Below are positions 18,165 to 28,590 of a stretch of 32,000 nucleotides of DNA, one piece after another. The notes below the pieces were generated by a model. That model did not search any database. It saw only the letters and a program-made list of their open reading frames with translations, and was not told the DNA's origin. Every line of letters starts with the position of its first letter. Positions within the stretch are counted from its first letter, which is position 1. The position numbers were made by a program, and so were the translations under genes. This DNA comes from Candidatus Hermodarchaeota archaeon (GTDB taxonomy: Archaea > Asgardarchaeota > Heimdallarchaeia > Hodarchaeales > Hodarchaeaceae). The stretch spans positions 1-32,000 of the forward strand of contig JBHLKY010000027.1 in assembly GCA_048886185.1 (NCBI GenBank). The letters run 5' to 3'.

Positions 18165-19124
18165 ATGTTAAACGCAACCTTTTCCATTAGAGATTATCAT
18201 GAAGAGGATGAAAAGGATCAAGCTGATATTTTTAACAAAGTAATGATCGAAATCGATCCAAATATACTTCCAACTACACCAGAAGAGATAAGAATAAGAA
18301 ATCCCATATATGGAAGTCTCAGAATTGGATATGAGTATGGATCTGAAAATACTAAATTTCTGGAACATTCACAAAAGGGAATTGTTGGCTATGCTGAATG
18401 TTACGGTCGATTAGGATCGTACAATCTTCATTATCCATTAATTCTTAGGAAATATCGGTCAGAGGAAACATTGAATTTACTTTTTAAAGCAAATTATGAT
18501 TTAGCAAGATCAAAGAACGCAAACAGGATCCATTCAACTTATAACAGCAAATATGAGGAAATTCATGAGTTCCTAAGGAATCAAAAAACTGCTCCAATAA
18601 AATCAATTAATGAAAACAGGCGTTTAGTCATTCAAACTGACAGACTAAACTACCAACTTACAGGTTTTAAGTTTGTATCTTTCACACCTAATAAAATTGG
18701 AGAACTTATAGATTTTAGATACTCCAAAGAGGGTATTGTTGGTCGAGATCTATCTAAAGAGGAATTGTATCTAGGATTCGAGTCAGGTAAATATTCTCCA
18801 GAAAATTCAACCTTAGTTTATAAAAATGATACATTATTAGCTTGGTGGAGCGTAGGTATTAATAATCCTCCATACGATTATGATAAATTGCTGAAATATT
18901 CCATTGGAGTATTAAACGAGTTAGCAATTGATACTAATTATGAAAATCTGACAGAATTGCGTAAAGCAACATTTAAAGCTGGATATAAATTCCTTAAAAC
19001 AAAAGAAATCCCAGAATTTCGTATATGGGCTTCTTGTGAAGGACAGTTTTACAAAGAGTCGGAGAAGTATGGGTTTTCTCCTACTGGAGAAGGGGAATTT
19101 GAGTATATATATGAAGATAATTAG
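18165..19124 (+). CDS. Probable tandem GNAT-fold protein
   Basis: N-terminal 'SIRDYHEED..DQADIFN', 'IVGYAEC' strand, and a second half ending 'YE.YGFSP.GE'. The acetyl-CoA glycine motif is not evident. Confidence 0.45.
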   Translation: MLNATFSIRDYHEEDEKDQADIFNKVMIEIDPNILPTTPEEIRIRNPIYGSLRIGYEYGSENTKFLEHSQKGIVGYAECYGRLGSYNLHYPLILRKYRSEETLNLLFKANYDLARSKNANRIHSTYNSKYEEIHEFLRNQKTAPIKSINENRRLVIQTDRLNYQLTGFKFVSFTPNKIGELIDFRYSKEGIVGRDLSKEELYLGFESGKYSPENSTLVYKNDTLLAWWSVGINNPPYDYDKLLKYSIGVLNELAIDTNYENLTELRKATFKAGYKFLKTKEIPEFRIWASCEGQFYKESEKYGFSPTGEGEFEYIYEDN

Positions 19125-19145
19125 GAATGGAACAATCAGAGGTTA

Positions 19146-20141
19146 TTGAAATTGTACAAAAGAAAGTTTGGTAAGAGTAACATTACAGTTAGTGCCATTG
19201 GAATGGGTTGTTTTGCCATCGGAGGCCCATTTAAAGGTAAAAATGGAAATTTCTTCGCATATGGTTCTGTAGATGATGAAGAATCAAAAAGAGTAATTCA
19301 TAAAGCAATTGAGTTAGGAGTGAATTTTTTCGATACTGCTGATATATATGGATTTGGACGCTCAGAACGAATCTTAGGATCAGTTCTCTCTGAATACAAT
19401 CGCAATGATATGGTGATTGCAACAAAATTTGCCAACGAATTCGATGAAGTTAAAAAAATTTCCATTGGAAAGAATGTTGATCCTGATTACATCCGTAAAG
19501 CGCTAGAGGCAAGTTGTAAAAGATTGCAAACTGACTTTATTGATCTATATCAGCTCCATGACAGTGATCATGATATTGAAAACGCAAAGAATGTTATGAA
19601 TACACTTGAGGATTTAGTTGCAGAGGGTCGAATAGGGGGTTATGGATGGAGTACCGATGACGTTGAGCGAGCTAAGGTTTTTGCAGAGGGAAAGAATTGT
19701 ACAGCTATTCAATACGCCATTCATATCACCCGAAACAATCCCAAAATGATTGAATTATGTGAAAAATATAATTTAGTCGGTGTCATCCGATCTCCACTAG
19801 GGAGTGGGACGTTAACAGGTAAGTACTCCAAAGAATATATGCAAAATTTAGACAAGAATCATATGTGGTATGGACGAGAATTTATCGCTGAAGAATGGTT
19901 TATTAAAAGACAGAAGAAACTAGAAGAGTTAAGTGAACTACTCAGTGGAGAGGATTTGACGTTAATTCAGGCGTTGTTGAGTTATTTATGGAGTACAAGT
20001 GAAACAACAGTTCCTATTCCAGGTGCTAAAACACTATCCCAAATCAAGGAAAATGCTGCAATACTAGAACTTGGTCCTTTAAAATCGGATTTATTACAGT
20101 CTATGACCAATATTTTTGAAGAAATTAGGACTTATGTTTAA
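19146..20141 (+). CDS. Aldo/keto reductase (copy 1)
   Basis: IGMGC, FDTADIYG, IATKF, IDLYQLH, SPLGSGTLTGKY, PIPGAK. TTG start (19146 or 19152). Confidence 0.93.
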   Translation: MKLYKRKFGKSNITVSAIGMGCFAIGGPFKGKNGNFFAYGSVDDEESKRVIHKAIELGVNFFDTADIYGFGRSERILGSVLSEYNRNDMVIATKFANEFDEVKKISIGKNVDPDYIRKALEASCKRLQTDFIDLYQLHDSDHDIENAKNVMNTLEDLVAEGRIGGYGWSTDDVERAKVFAEGKNCTAIQYAIHITRNNPKMIELCEKYNLVGVIRSPLGSGTLTGKYSKEYMQNLDKNHMWYGREFIAEEWFIKRQKKLEELSELLSGEDLTLIQALLSYLWSTSETTVPIPGAKTLSQIKENAAILELGPLKSDLLQSMTNIFEEIRTYV

Positions 20142-20190
20142 TCAGTGAAAACTAGACAATTAAACTCACTTTGAAAGGATAGATATTTAG

Positions 20191-21273
20191 ATGAAGTTTC
20201 GAAAATTAGGAAAAAGCGGAATGCACGTTTCCATAATTAGTTTTGGTACAATGGCTTATGGAGGAGCGCAATATAAATTCACAGAAAATCCTGTTTCTAA
20301 AACAGATGGTTTAAAATGCCTTGAAAAGGCAGTAGACCTAGGTGTCAACTATATTGACTGTGCTGATATATATGGAGCATTTGGGGAAGCTGAAAGAATC
20401 ATTGGTGAATTCATTCAAGAATATGATCGTTCAAACTTTATTATCAGTAGTAAAGTCATGTTTCCGATGAGTAAGAATGCAAACGACCGAGGACTTAGTA
20501 AAAAGCATATCCATGAATCAATAAATAAAACTCTAAAACGGCTTAATACTGACTATCTTGATCTATACTACTGTCATCGATATGATTTTGCAACACCTAT
20601 TGAAGAAACTGTAAATGCAATGAATGATTTAATCGAACAAGGGAAAATACTTCATTGGGCAACATCAAATTGGAGAGCAGTTCAATTAGAACGCACTTTT
20701 GGTATCACGAATAGATTAGGATTAAGAGCTCCTGTATGTGATCAAACTAAGTATAATATGTTTCAGAGGTATGCAGTGGAAGTTGAATTACCTTATACTG
20801 CTGATTATCATAGCTTGGGTATTGTTGCTTACCGTGTACTAGCTGAAAAATTGTTAACAGGAAAATATAGTTCTTTAGATCTTGAAGATCTTCCCGTAGA
20901 AGACAAGAAAAATTTTTCCAGCTACATAGAGAAAGATTCTCAAATAATGGAAAAAACCAAGAAACTCTCTGAATTAGCCCAAGAACTAGACATTTCCCTA
21001 CCTCAACTTGTTCTCGCTTGGACGATGCAAATTCCCCTTGTTGACACAGTTTTAATGAGTACAAGGAATCCTGATCGTGTTGAGGAAAACATTCAATCAA
21101 TAGACATCAAATTAGATTCTGAAATTTGTGAAAAAATTGAATCTTTCTTAAATAATCGACCTATACCAATTAGAAGAGGTGTAACCGAATCATATGTTGA
21201 TTTTATCAATTTTGTTCGTCAAAATCCTTTAGCAGAAGTTGGTAAATTCCCTCCAGACCCACATGAATTTTAA
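20191..21273 (+). CDS. Aldo/keto reductase (copy 2, Kv-beta/Tas-like subgroup)
   Basis: MKFRKLGKSG, IDCADIYG, GLSKKHI, DYLDLYYCHRYD..TPIEET. Confidence 0.92.
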   Translation: MKFRKLGKSGMHVSIISFGTMAYGGAQYKFTENPVSKTDGLKCLEKAVDLGVNYIDCADIYGAFGEAERIIGEFIQEYDRSNFIISSKVMFPMSKNANDRGLSKKHIHESINKTLKRLNTDYLDLYYCHRYDFATPIEETVNAMNDLIEQGKILHWATSNWRAVQLERTFGITNRLGLRAPVCDQTKYNMFQRYAVEVELPYTADYHSLGIVAYRVLAEKLLTGKYSSLDLEDLPVEDKKNFSSYIEKDSQIMEKTKKLSELAQELDISLPQLVLAWTMQIPLVDTVLMSTRNPDRVEENIQSIDIKLDSEICEKIESFLNNRPIPIRRGVTESYVDFINFVRQNPLAEVGKFPPDPHEF

Positions 21274-21295
21274 TTATTGTTATGAAGGTTTTCAA

Positions 21296-22297
21296 ATGAA
21301 ATATAGAAAAATGGGAAAACATGGAATAAAACTCTCAGAAATCAGCATTGGCACGATGTATCATGGCTCATACATCAAGAAAGAAGCAGCCATGGCATGT
21401 TTAACCGAAGCATTGAATCAAGGTATTAATTTCATCGATTGTGCTGACAGATATGGTATTATGGATTCAGAACTCCCCATTGATCAACGTACAAGAGCTG
21501 AAATAATACTGGGAGAATTCTTGCTAGATCAAAACCGAGACGATTTAGTAATTAGCACTAAAGTATTCAAACAACTACGTGAAAGCCCAAATAGTGGAGG
21601 CCTGTCACGTAAACATATTAAAGAATCAATTCACGACTCATTGAAGTATTTACAAACAGATTATGTTGATATCTACTTTTGTCACCGACCCGATCGTGGT
21701 ACTCCTTTAGAAGAAACGATTCTGACAATGACCAATCTAATAGAAGAAGGATCTGTTCATTATTGGGGAACTAGTTGGTGGCCTCCATTTCTTGTGGAGA
21801 GAACGATTGGAATCGCAAAAGAAAGTGGATTAATACCTCCTGCGGTTGAAGAACCTCCTTATCACATGAATGCCCGCTTCATAGAAGTTGAGCTTTTGGA
21901 TGTAGCCAAGTATCATGGTTTAGGAATTACGGCTTTTGAAGCTCTTTCTGGTGGATTATATACTGGAAAGTATTTGAATGGATTTCCAAGGGACAGTCGT
22001 TTTTCCATTGATGCTATAAAGAAAGATCTTCCAAAGAATTTGTTTGAAAAACGTAGAATTCAGCTATTGAAGTTACTAGAAGTAGCTGGATCCATCGATA
22101 TACCTTTGAGTCAATTAGCACTAGCTTGGGTTCTCCGAAAACCTGAGATTACTTCAACTATTATGGGAGCTACCAAACCTGAACAAGTGATTGAAAATGC
22201 TGCTGCAAGTGAGGTAAAGCTTAATGAAGAAAAATTAGAGATGATTGAAAAGATCCTAGATAACAAACCAACTACTCCTTTTAGACAATGGGGTTGA
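21296..22297 (+). CDS. Aldo/keto reductase (copy 3, Kv-beta/Tas-like subgroup)
   Basis: MKYRKMGKHG start at 21296 (the track's 21239 start is an upstream extension), IDCADRYG, GLSRKHI, YFCHRPD..TPLEET, QLALAWVL. Confidence 0.92.
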   Translation: MKYRKMGKHGIKLSEISIGTMYHGSYIKKEAAMACLTEALNQGINFIDCADRYGIMDSELPIDQRTRAEIILGEFLLDQNRDDLVISTKVFKQLRESPNSGGLSRKHIKESIHDSLKYLQTDYVDIYFCHRPDRGTPLEETILTMTNLIEEGSVHYWGTSWWPPFLVERTIGIAKESGLIPPAVEEPPYHMNARFIEVELLDVAKYHGLGITAFEALSGGLYTGKYLNGFPRDSRFSIDAIKKDLPKNLFEKRRIQLLKLLEVAGSIDIPLSQLALAWVLRKPEITSTIMGATKPEQVIENAAASEVKLNEEKLEMIEKILDNKPTTPFRQWG

Positions 22298-22325
22298 TAT
22301 TTTAGATTAGTAATGTTGAGGTATT

Positions 22326-22697
22326 ATGATGTTAGAAATCGCCATGAATCAAATCAATGTCTCCAATCTTGAGGAGGCAATCACTTGGTATACTGAAATA
22401 TTAGGATTTGAAGTTTCAAAAGATCATTATTACCCTCCACAAGCTGTGGATTTAGTTCAAAAGGGTAGGATTCGTTTATTATTATATAAAGTTGATAAAA
22501 CAACAGAAATTGACTATCCTAATGAAGCTCAATCGGTTATTATCTTCAAAACGAATGATTTAAACAAAATAATGAAAGATTATAGAAAAAAAGGGGTTAA
22601 ATTTATCTATCCCGAAGCAATAGAATTCCCTGCAGGCATTTTTAATGCTTTTAAAGATCCTTATGGGAATGTACATGAAATTGTACAATTTCGCTAA
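22326..22697 (+). CDS. VOC / glyoxalase-bleomycin resistance family protein
   Basis: INVSNLEEAITWYTEILGFEV...FKDPYGNVHEIVQ. GAGGT Shine-Dalgarno-like motif upstream. Confidence 0.9.
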   Translation: MMLEIAMNQINVSNLEEAITWYTEILGFEVSKDHYYPPQAVDLVQKGRIRLLLYKVDKTTEIDYPNEAQSVIIFKTNDLNKIMKDYRKKGVKFIYPEAIEFPAGIFNAFKDPYGNVHEIVQFR

Positions 22698-22880
22698 TCT
22701 TTCTTTTTATTATACTACTCTTTAAACATGTTATTCACATTCCTTTGAAACGCCATATTTTGTTGATTCTTTCAATAATATTAGAGTACTCTCTTCAAGA
22801 AAGCCGTTAATGGTAATCCGTGAGCTCTCAACTAAAGAAAACAAAAAATAGACAGAGATATCAAGGATTTTTGATAGTTT

Positions 22881-24083
22881 ATGAAGCATAATAATAATAT
22901 GTTAATCTATCTTGGAACTGCTTTTCTTGCTCTTGGACAATCTTTCTCCCGAGGGAATTTTCCCTCCTATGTTGAAGTCTTGGGAGGAACTATTGTCAAT
23001 TATGGTTTCATTCAATCAATGCAAATGTTCTCTAATCTCTTATTTCTTTTTCCAGCTGCATTTCTAGCTGATAGGTTAGGTCATAGACGATTGGTGCTAA
23101 GTGGTACTATTATTTACGCGTTATCCTATTTCATTATTGCTTTTACCCCTCAGTGGGAATATTTATTATTAGGAGGATTTGGTGTTGGACTTGGTCAAGG
23201 AATGATCGAGCCATCTCAAATCGCGATTCTCGCTCATAATAATCCAACTGATAGGATTAAAGTATTCACTAAGAATGAAACCATGCGATGGGGTAGCTTA
23301 GCTGTGGGGTATTTTTTATCTTCTTTTTTCTTTATTCTGTTCCAAAATGAATTTTCTCACGCAAACCTCCAATTGACAATGATCGTGACTTTCCTTGTTA
23401 CTACTGTAGCAATTATTCCTTTCATTTTATTAGTAAATGCTGAAGAGTGGAGAAATAATGTTGAATCTCAACCCAAAGTTGATCTAAAAATGATGATTAG
23501 AAGTCCTGAAGGAATGTATATTGTTGGCTTTCTCGTCATATCTCTTATGATTGGATTTGGAGCTGGATTTCTAGTTCCCTTTACTCAACCTTATTTCGTT
23601 AAACGATTTCTCCTTGGTCCATCCGAAGTTAACTTTATTATGGGAACAGCTCAAATTCTAACTGCAATATTTATGGGGATGGTTCCATTATTATCAATTA
23701 AATTAGGCAGTAATGCTAAGGTGATTTATTTAACACAGGGAATATCCATCCCTCTAATACTAATTCTAGCCTATAGTTCATTTCTACCATTGTCATTATT
23801 TGCATTTTTGTTTAGAATTGTACTTATGAACATGAGTAGTCCAGCTCAAACAACAATCGTACAAGAATATATTCCAGAAGCATTTCGTGCACGTATTCAA
23901 TCGTTAATGCGAGTTACTGACAGGGTGGGACGAGGTTTTAGTCCTTCGATAAGTGCGGTCATGATTGATGAAACAAATGACTTCTATTTCTCATTCACAA
24001 TAACTGCTGTAATGTACACAGCTGCGGTATCAACACTCTTCTTATTAACAAGAAACCTTAAGAAAAAACTACAATTAAATTGA
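22881..24083 (+). CDS. MFS transporter
   Basis: About 12 hydrophobic segments and MFS motif A-like 'AAFLADRLGHRR'. Confidence 0.9.
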   Translation: MKHNNNMLIYLGTAFLALGQSFSRGNFPSYVEVLGGTIVNYGFIQSMQMFSNLLFLFPAAFLADRLGHRRLVLSGTIIYALSYFIIAFTPQWEYLLLGGFGVGLGQGMIEPSQIAILAHNNPTDRIKVFTKNETMRWGSLAVGYFLSSFFFILFQNEFSHANLQLTMIVTFLVTTVAIIPFILLVNAEEWRNNVESQPKVDLKMMIRSPEGMYIVGFLVISLMIGFGAGFLVPFTQPYFVKRFLLGPSEVNFIMGTAQILTAIFMGMVPLLSIKLGSNAKVIYLTQGISIPLILILAYSSFLPLSLFAFLFRIVLMNMSSPAQTTIVQEYIPEAFRARIQSLMRVTDRVGRGFSPSISAVMIDETNDFYFSFTITAVMYTAAVSTLFLLTRNLKKKLQLN

Positions 24084-24156
24084 TCTATTGATACTTGTCG
24101 CCAAAAATTATACTTAAGGGAAAATTAATTGATTTAGTACGGGTATGAGCTGAAAT

Positions 24157-24717
24157 ATGATGGTTCGATCTTTCATATGTGTAGAAATTAATGACAATGA
24201 AATTGTTCACCAAATAGAAGAAATACTCACAAGAATTAGATTTAGTGGAGTTCGTTCGGTTAAATCTTCTCAATTACATCTTACATTAAAATTTTTAGGA
24301 GAAGTTCAAGAATCTCGTGTTGAATCGATAAAAGAAGCGATTCAAACTATTAAAATTCCTCCTTTCGAGATTACATTACGAGGAATTGGCTGTTTTCCCA
24401 ACCTTAATTACATCCGTGTTGTATGGATTGGAATAAAAGAAGGGAGTGATAATCTTAGGCAGCTTGCCCAGATGATTGAGGAAAAATTGAATCAGATAGG
24501 ATTCCCACGAGAAAAAAGAGGTTTTTCTCCTCATCTAACCTTAGCTCGTGTTAAAAAGTTGTCAAACACAGATAAACGGAAGTTAACAGAAATAATTCAA
24601 AATTCGAGTGAATTATCCATCGGTATTCAAACGATAGAAAAATTTATTCTCAAAAAAAGCACATTAACACCAAAAGGTCCAATCTATGAAAATTTATCTG
24701 TTATCCCGATGGAGTAA
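24157..24717 (+). CDS. thpR: RNA 2',3'-cyclic phosphodiesterase (2H family, 2'-5' RNA ligase-like)
   Basis: Two HxT motifs (HLTLKFLGEV, FSPHLTLARVK), GCFPN...RVVWIG and STLTPKGPIYE. Confidence 0.93.
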   Translation: MMVRSFICVEINDNEIVHQIEEILTRIRFSGVRSVKSSQLHLTLKFLGEVQESRVESIKEAIQTIKIPPFEITLRGIGCFPNLNYIRVVWIGIKEGSDNLRQLAQMIEEKLNQIGFPREKRGFSPHLTLARVKKLSNTDKRKLTEIIQNSSELSIGIQTIEKFILKKSTLTPKGPIYENLSVIPME

Positions 24718-24847
24718 TAGTTCTTGATAAGGGCTGCTTTCATAGGAAGATTTTTATTATCTTTTAATTTAATAAGGAAGACAACAAGTATATGGGGAAT
24801 TTTCCACATATAGCCCTTCTACTCATGACATTACATGGGATCGAAAA

Positions 24848-25804
24848 ATGGCTTCAGACATCTCTAATTTAAAATACGGAGCCATAAGAAAAGCAGTTCA
24901 GTTTTCCGCACTTTTTGGTTATCGGTTGATCATTGAAGGAAAGGAAAAACTAATTGATAACATCAATGATCTTCGAGAGGGTGTTATCTTTGCTGGAAAT
25001 CATGAAAGTGTAATTGATGCTTTTCTGATGGGATTAACAGTACCATCGGAAATGAAAGAGAAAAGAATTTATTTTCTAGGTAGAAAAAGTGCACTTTGGC
25101 GTAATCGTTTTTGGGGTACAATGATGGACTACTTTGGAGTCATTCCAGTGATGAAGAGAGGTAACCAAGAAGCGATTAGAAGAGGAATTGATGTTCTGCA
25201 ACACAATCAAGCATTAGGTATTTTTCCCGAGGGACATATCCGATATTCCCAAAAAGAACTAGAGGGGAAAGTAGGGGTTGCCCGCTTTGCATTTGAGACT
25301 GATTCACCTGTTGTACCTGTAGGAATAATTGGAACAGATGGAATTTTACCTTATGGAGGAAATTGGCCCTCTCCTGGTAAAAAAGTCACCTTAAGAATTG
25401 GAAATCCAATCTTTCTCCATACTTATAGTCAAAAAGATGTATTCAATCCTTATGCCCTTCGAGCTGCAACTGATGTTATTATGCATGAAATTCGTGAGTT
25501 ATCGCAGGGCTATGGAATTCCTCCAAACGAGGCTCATAATTTACGATGTATGGAAGGAATTACTGAGATGATAACTCCTCCCAAGTGGCTTTTAAAAAAG
25601 AAAAAAATAGTGAGCGAATGGACCGAGAGAAGAAAAAGGAAAAAAATTATTGATTCCTTTGAGGACTGGCTAAATAGCGTTCCCCAACCAAAACAGAAGA
25701 AAAAACGAGTGAAGATCCAGAAAGAAAAGATCTTATCACAGGAATTGGATTATGAATCAACTCCAACGGACCAATTTTTAAAATGGTTGGATGAACAGTT
25801 ATAG
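24848..25804 (+). CDS. plsC: Lysophospholipid acyltransferase (PlsC / 1-acyl-sn-glycerol-3-phosphate acyltransferase family)
   Basis: NHESVID (HX4D), GIFPEGH, PVVPVGIIGT, and a basic C-terminal extension. Confidence 0.85.
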   Translation: MASDISNLKYGAIRKAVQFSALFGYRLIIEGKEKLIDNINDLREGVIFAGNHESVIDAFLMGLTVPSEMKEKRIYFLGRKSALWRNRFWGTMMDYFGVIPVMKRGNQEAIRRGIDVLQHNQALGIFPEGHIRYSQKELEGKVGVARFAFETDSPVVPVGIIGTDGILPYGGNWPSPGKKVTLRIGNPIFLHTYSQKDVFNPYALRAATDVIMHEIRELSQGYGIPPNEAHNLRCMEGITEMITPPKWLLKKKKIVSEWTERRKRKKIIDSFEDWLNSVPQPKQKKKRVKIQKEKILSQELDYESTPTDQFLKWLDEQL

Positions 25805-26028
25805 CTCAATTGTTTGAAACTCTCCTTTTCAGCTTAATTGAAGGGTGGAAGTTAGTAGAATTTCGTTTCATCATATATGGAAATTTCTCTTTTGGATTAG
25901 TTGGATTAATCAGTGTATTCATTGCTTTACGATGGACTTTTTTCCCAACTCTAATTTTTGCAGTTATAGTAAAGCCTACAGATTATTCAGCCTGTCTTGC
26001 TTCTTTTGTTATAGTAATTAAAAACTTT

Positions 26029-27048
26029 TCAGGTTTCAGGATTCCAAAGAAATTTCAATGGTTTCGATTGTAAAAAATTTAAAATGTCCTCTGTAATCAT
26101 ATCTGTTTGGTGACGAACTACATCTACAGTATTTCCTCCAAAATGTGGCATTACAGTCACATTATCAAATTCTAGGAATCGATTGTCTGAATCAACAGGT
26201 TCTTCATCGAAAACATCAAGGCCAGCACCAGCTATTCGTTTCTCTTTGATAGCATCATAAAGGGCATCTTCATCAATACAAAATGACCGAGCTAGATTGA
26301 AGAACTGAGCTGTGGGTTTCATTAATGAAAAAAGCTTTGCGTTAATTAGCTCCTCAGTCTCTTCCACAGGAGGGGTGTGAATTGTAACCATATCAGATTC
26401 TTTCATTAATGTTTCAAGGGAAACGCTTTTCGCTCTAGTTTCAAGTACAACTTTGTCATCTTCAGGAACATAAGGGTCAAAATAAAGAATTTTAGACCCA
26501 AAACCTTTGCTTAGTCTATATGCTACCCTCGAACCAATTGCTCCAAATCCAATTATTCCTATAATTAAACCACCTAGTTCCACACCCCGATAACGATTAA
26601 AAAACTCTGCAAAATCTTCCTCATTTTCAAGCTCCGCAGTATTGAATTTACCACCTTTAAGAAGACGATCAATCTCAATCATTTTACGTGCTTGGGTAAA
26701 CATCATTGCTACTGTGAGATCTGCCACAGCATCAGCATTCCGATGAGGTGTATAGATAACAGGAATATTTTTTTCCTTAGCGGCTTCCTCATCAACATTT
26801 ACTGGAGTACCTCTAGTTGATGCGATAAGTTTTAAATTTGTTTTGTCAATAACCCAAGCATCTACCTCATCTGTCTCTGTTATGAAGATATCCACTATAT
26901 TGTCGTTTAATTTTTTAATGAGTTCATCTTCATCGAAATAGATCTTTCCTGTATCTCTCCAGCTCTCATAAATGACTTCGCAGTGTTCCTGCAGCTTTTT
27001 TATCCCACTTTCGTGGAATGGGGCAGTAATTAGGATTTTCACAAACAA
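26029..27048 (-). CDS. D-isomer-specific 2-hydroxyacid dehydrogenase (SerA/YoaD-like)
   Basis: Rossmann IIGFGAIG, NLARS, GLDVFDEEP, MPHFGG, and HRNADAVADL. Confidence 0.9.
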   Translation of the reverse strand: MFVKILITAPFHESGIKKLQEHCEVIYESWRDTGKIYFDEDELIKKLNDNIVDIFITETDEVDAWVIDKTNLKLIASTRGTPVNVDEEAAKEKNIPVIYTPHRNADAVADLTVAMMFTQARKMIEIDRLLKGGKFNTAELENEEDFAEFFNRYRGVELGGLIIGIIGFGAIGSRVAYRLSKGFGSKILYFDPYVPEDDKVVLETRAKSVSLETLMKESDMVTIHTPPVEETEELINAKLFSLMKPTAQFFNLARSFCIDEDALYDAIKEKRIAGAGLDVFDEEPVDSDNRFLEFDNVTVMPHFGGNTVDVVRHQTDMITEDILNFLQSKPLKFLWNPET

Positions 27049-27067
27049 TTCCTCTTAATAGAAAGCT

Positions 27068-28576
27068 TCAATCTTCTTCTCTTGATTTGTTATACAATTC
27101 CAACCATTGTGAAAAAAGAATATCATATTCAGCCTGATAATCTTGATTAGGAGAAAAAATAGTTTTCTCTTTAATTAACTGGGAAACTGCTTCATTTACG
27201 GTATTAAAGCGTCCAGTACCAATCATGCATGAAATAAATCCAGCTACGGAAGCTCCCTCTGGCACAAAAACGTGAATATCAGTTTGAACTACATCTGCTA
27301 GGACTTGACAAAAAGCCTTCGATCGAGCTAACCCTCCAACAACATAAATAGTCTCCAAGGAAGAGTCTGTTACATTAAGAATCTGTTCCATATTTGCTCG
27401 AACAGAGAAAGAAAGATTCTCTACCACAGCTCTCGCAAAGGCACCAACATCCAGATTATCTTCTAACATATATGCTATTGGAGAAAAAATAAATCCTCCT
27501 GTTGGAATTCGTAACATATCCTGAGCATTAAATATTTGAGGCCCAATATCTGCCTGAACTCCTCCTGCTCCAGGCGCTTGAGAAAAAACAAGCTCTTCAA
27601 ATTTCTCATAAGGATTTTTTACACCTAACTTTACCAAAAAAGATTCCACAAACCACTGATGAGCATCTCCCGCAGATCCAGCATTTGATTCAATCACCCA
27701 ATTTCCCAAGAAAGGATTTGTCCAGACACGTCTTTCAGAATCTAAAATAGGGTGTGACAAAACAAAATAAATGGGCATTGTAGAACCTGCAACTACTCCT
27801 AAAGATCCAGGAGCTATTGCTCCGCATCCAATAAGGGATGCTTGACTATCAGCACACCCCATATAAACAGGTGTTTGTGATTGTAGGTTTAATCTCTTGA
27901 CAATGCTAGGGAGGATAGGCCCGATTAGTTCTCCATACTCTAAAATTTTCGGTAGAATCTCATGGGAAATTTTAAAAGCTTCAAGAATCTTTTTCGACCA
28001 ATTTTTCTTCGTAATATCATAGAGGAGAGTTTCACATGCCCCTGTCTCATCAATTGTATATTGATTTGTTAAACGGAAATTAACCCATCCGTCAATTGTC
28101 AAGAGATGCTTGATTTGTTCATATATTTCTGACTCATTTTCTTGAAACCACAGTAATCTAGCTAATGGAAAAATGAAGGGAAGACCTCTACCAGTAATAT
28201 CATAAATTTCATCATTTTCCATGTATTCTTCAGTATCAACTTCTAATCCCCGGACATCCCGATTTGGGCCTGCATAAAGCTCCTTCCCATCTTTATCGAG
28301 AAAAACACACCCTTGCCTTTGAGATGTGGCTGAAATAGCCTTGATGTTTCTCGGATCGATATGGGCTTGACTAATAGCATCTTGAATGGTTTTGATGATA
28401 ATATTCCAGAATTTTTCTGGATCAAACTCATGTCCATATGGCGCTAAATCTTCCGGAATCTGATATAAGTGACTCCATTTGGTTTTTGCAAAACCAACGA
28501 TTTTGCCATTCTCATCTCCAATAACAGCTTTTCCTCCACTTGTCCCCGCATCTATCGTTAAATAATAATCTGTCAT
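27068..28576 (-). CDS. FGGY-family carbohydrate kinase (YoaC/LsrK-like)
   Basis: IDAGTSGGKA, TSQRQG...GPNRD.R, DSQASLIG, AGS, VVGGLARS. Confidence 0.9.
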   Translation of the reverse strand: MTDYYLTIDAGTSGGKAVIGDENGKIVGFAKTKWSHLYQIPEDLAPYGHEFDPEKFWNIIIKTIQDAISQAHIDPRNIKAISATSQRQGCVFLDKDGKELYAGPNRDVRGLEVDTEEYMENDEIYDITGRGLPFIFPLARLLWFQENESEIYEQIKHLLTIDGWVNFRLTNQYTIDETGACETLLYDITKKNWSKKILEAFKISHEILPKILEYGELIGPILPSIVKRLNLQSQTPVYMGCADSQASLIGCGAIAPGSLGVVAGSTMPIYFVLSHPILDSERRVWTNPFLGNWVIESNAGSAGDAHQWFVESFLVKLGVKNPYEKFEELVFSQAPGAGGVQADIGPQIFNAQDMLRIPTGGFIFSPIAYMLEDNLDVGAFARAVVENLSFSVRANMEQILNVTDSSLETIYVVGGLARSKAFCQVLADVVQTDIHVFVPEGASVAGFISCMIGTGRFNTVNEAVSQLIKEKTIFSPNQDYQAEYDILFSQWLELYNKSREED

Positions 28577-28590
28577 ATAAATACCAATTT

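Noticed and set aside
21239-21295. Overlap of the third AKR with the second
   Set aside because: The ATG at 21296 gives the canonical MKYRKMG start, with a GAAGGT motif upstream; the extension is an ORF-caller artefact.
25810-26073. 87-aa plus-strand ORF as a small membrane protein
   Set aside because: It overlaps the 3' end of the convergent dehydrogenase, has no clear RBS or family features, and the antisense frame is similarly open, so it is unsupported.
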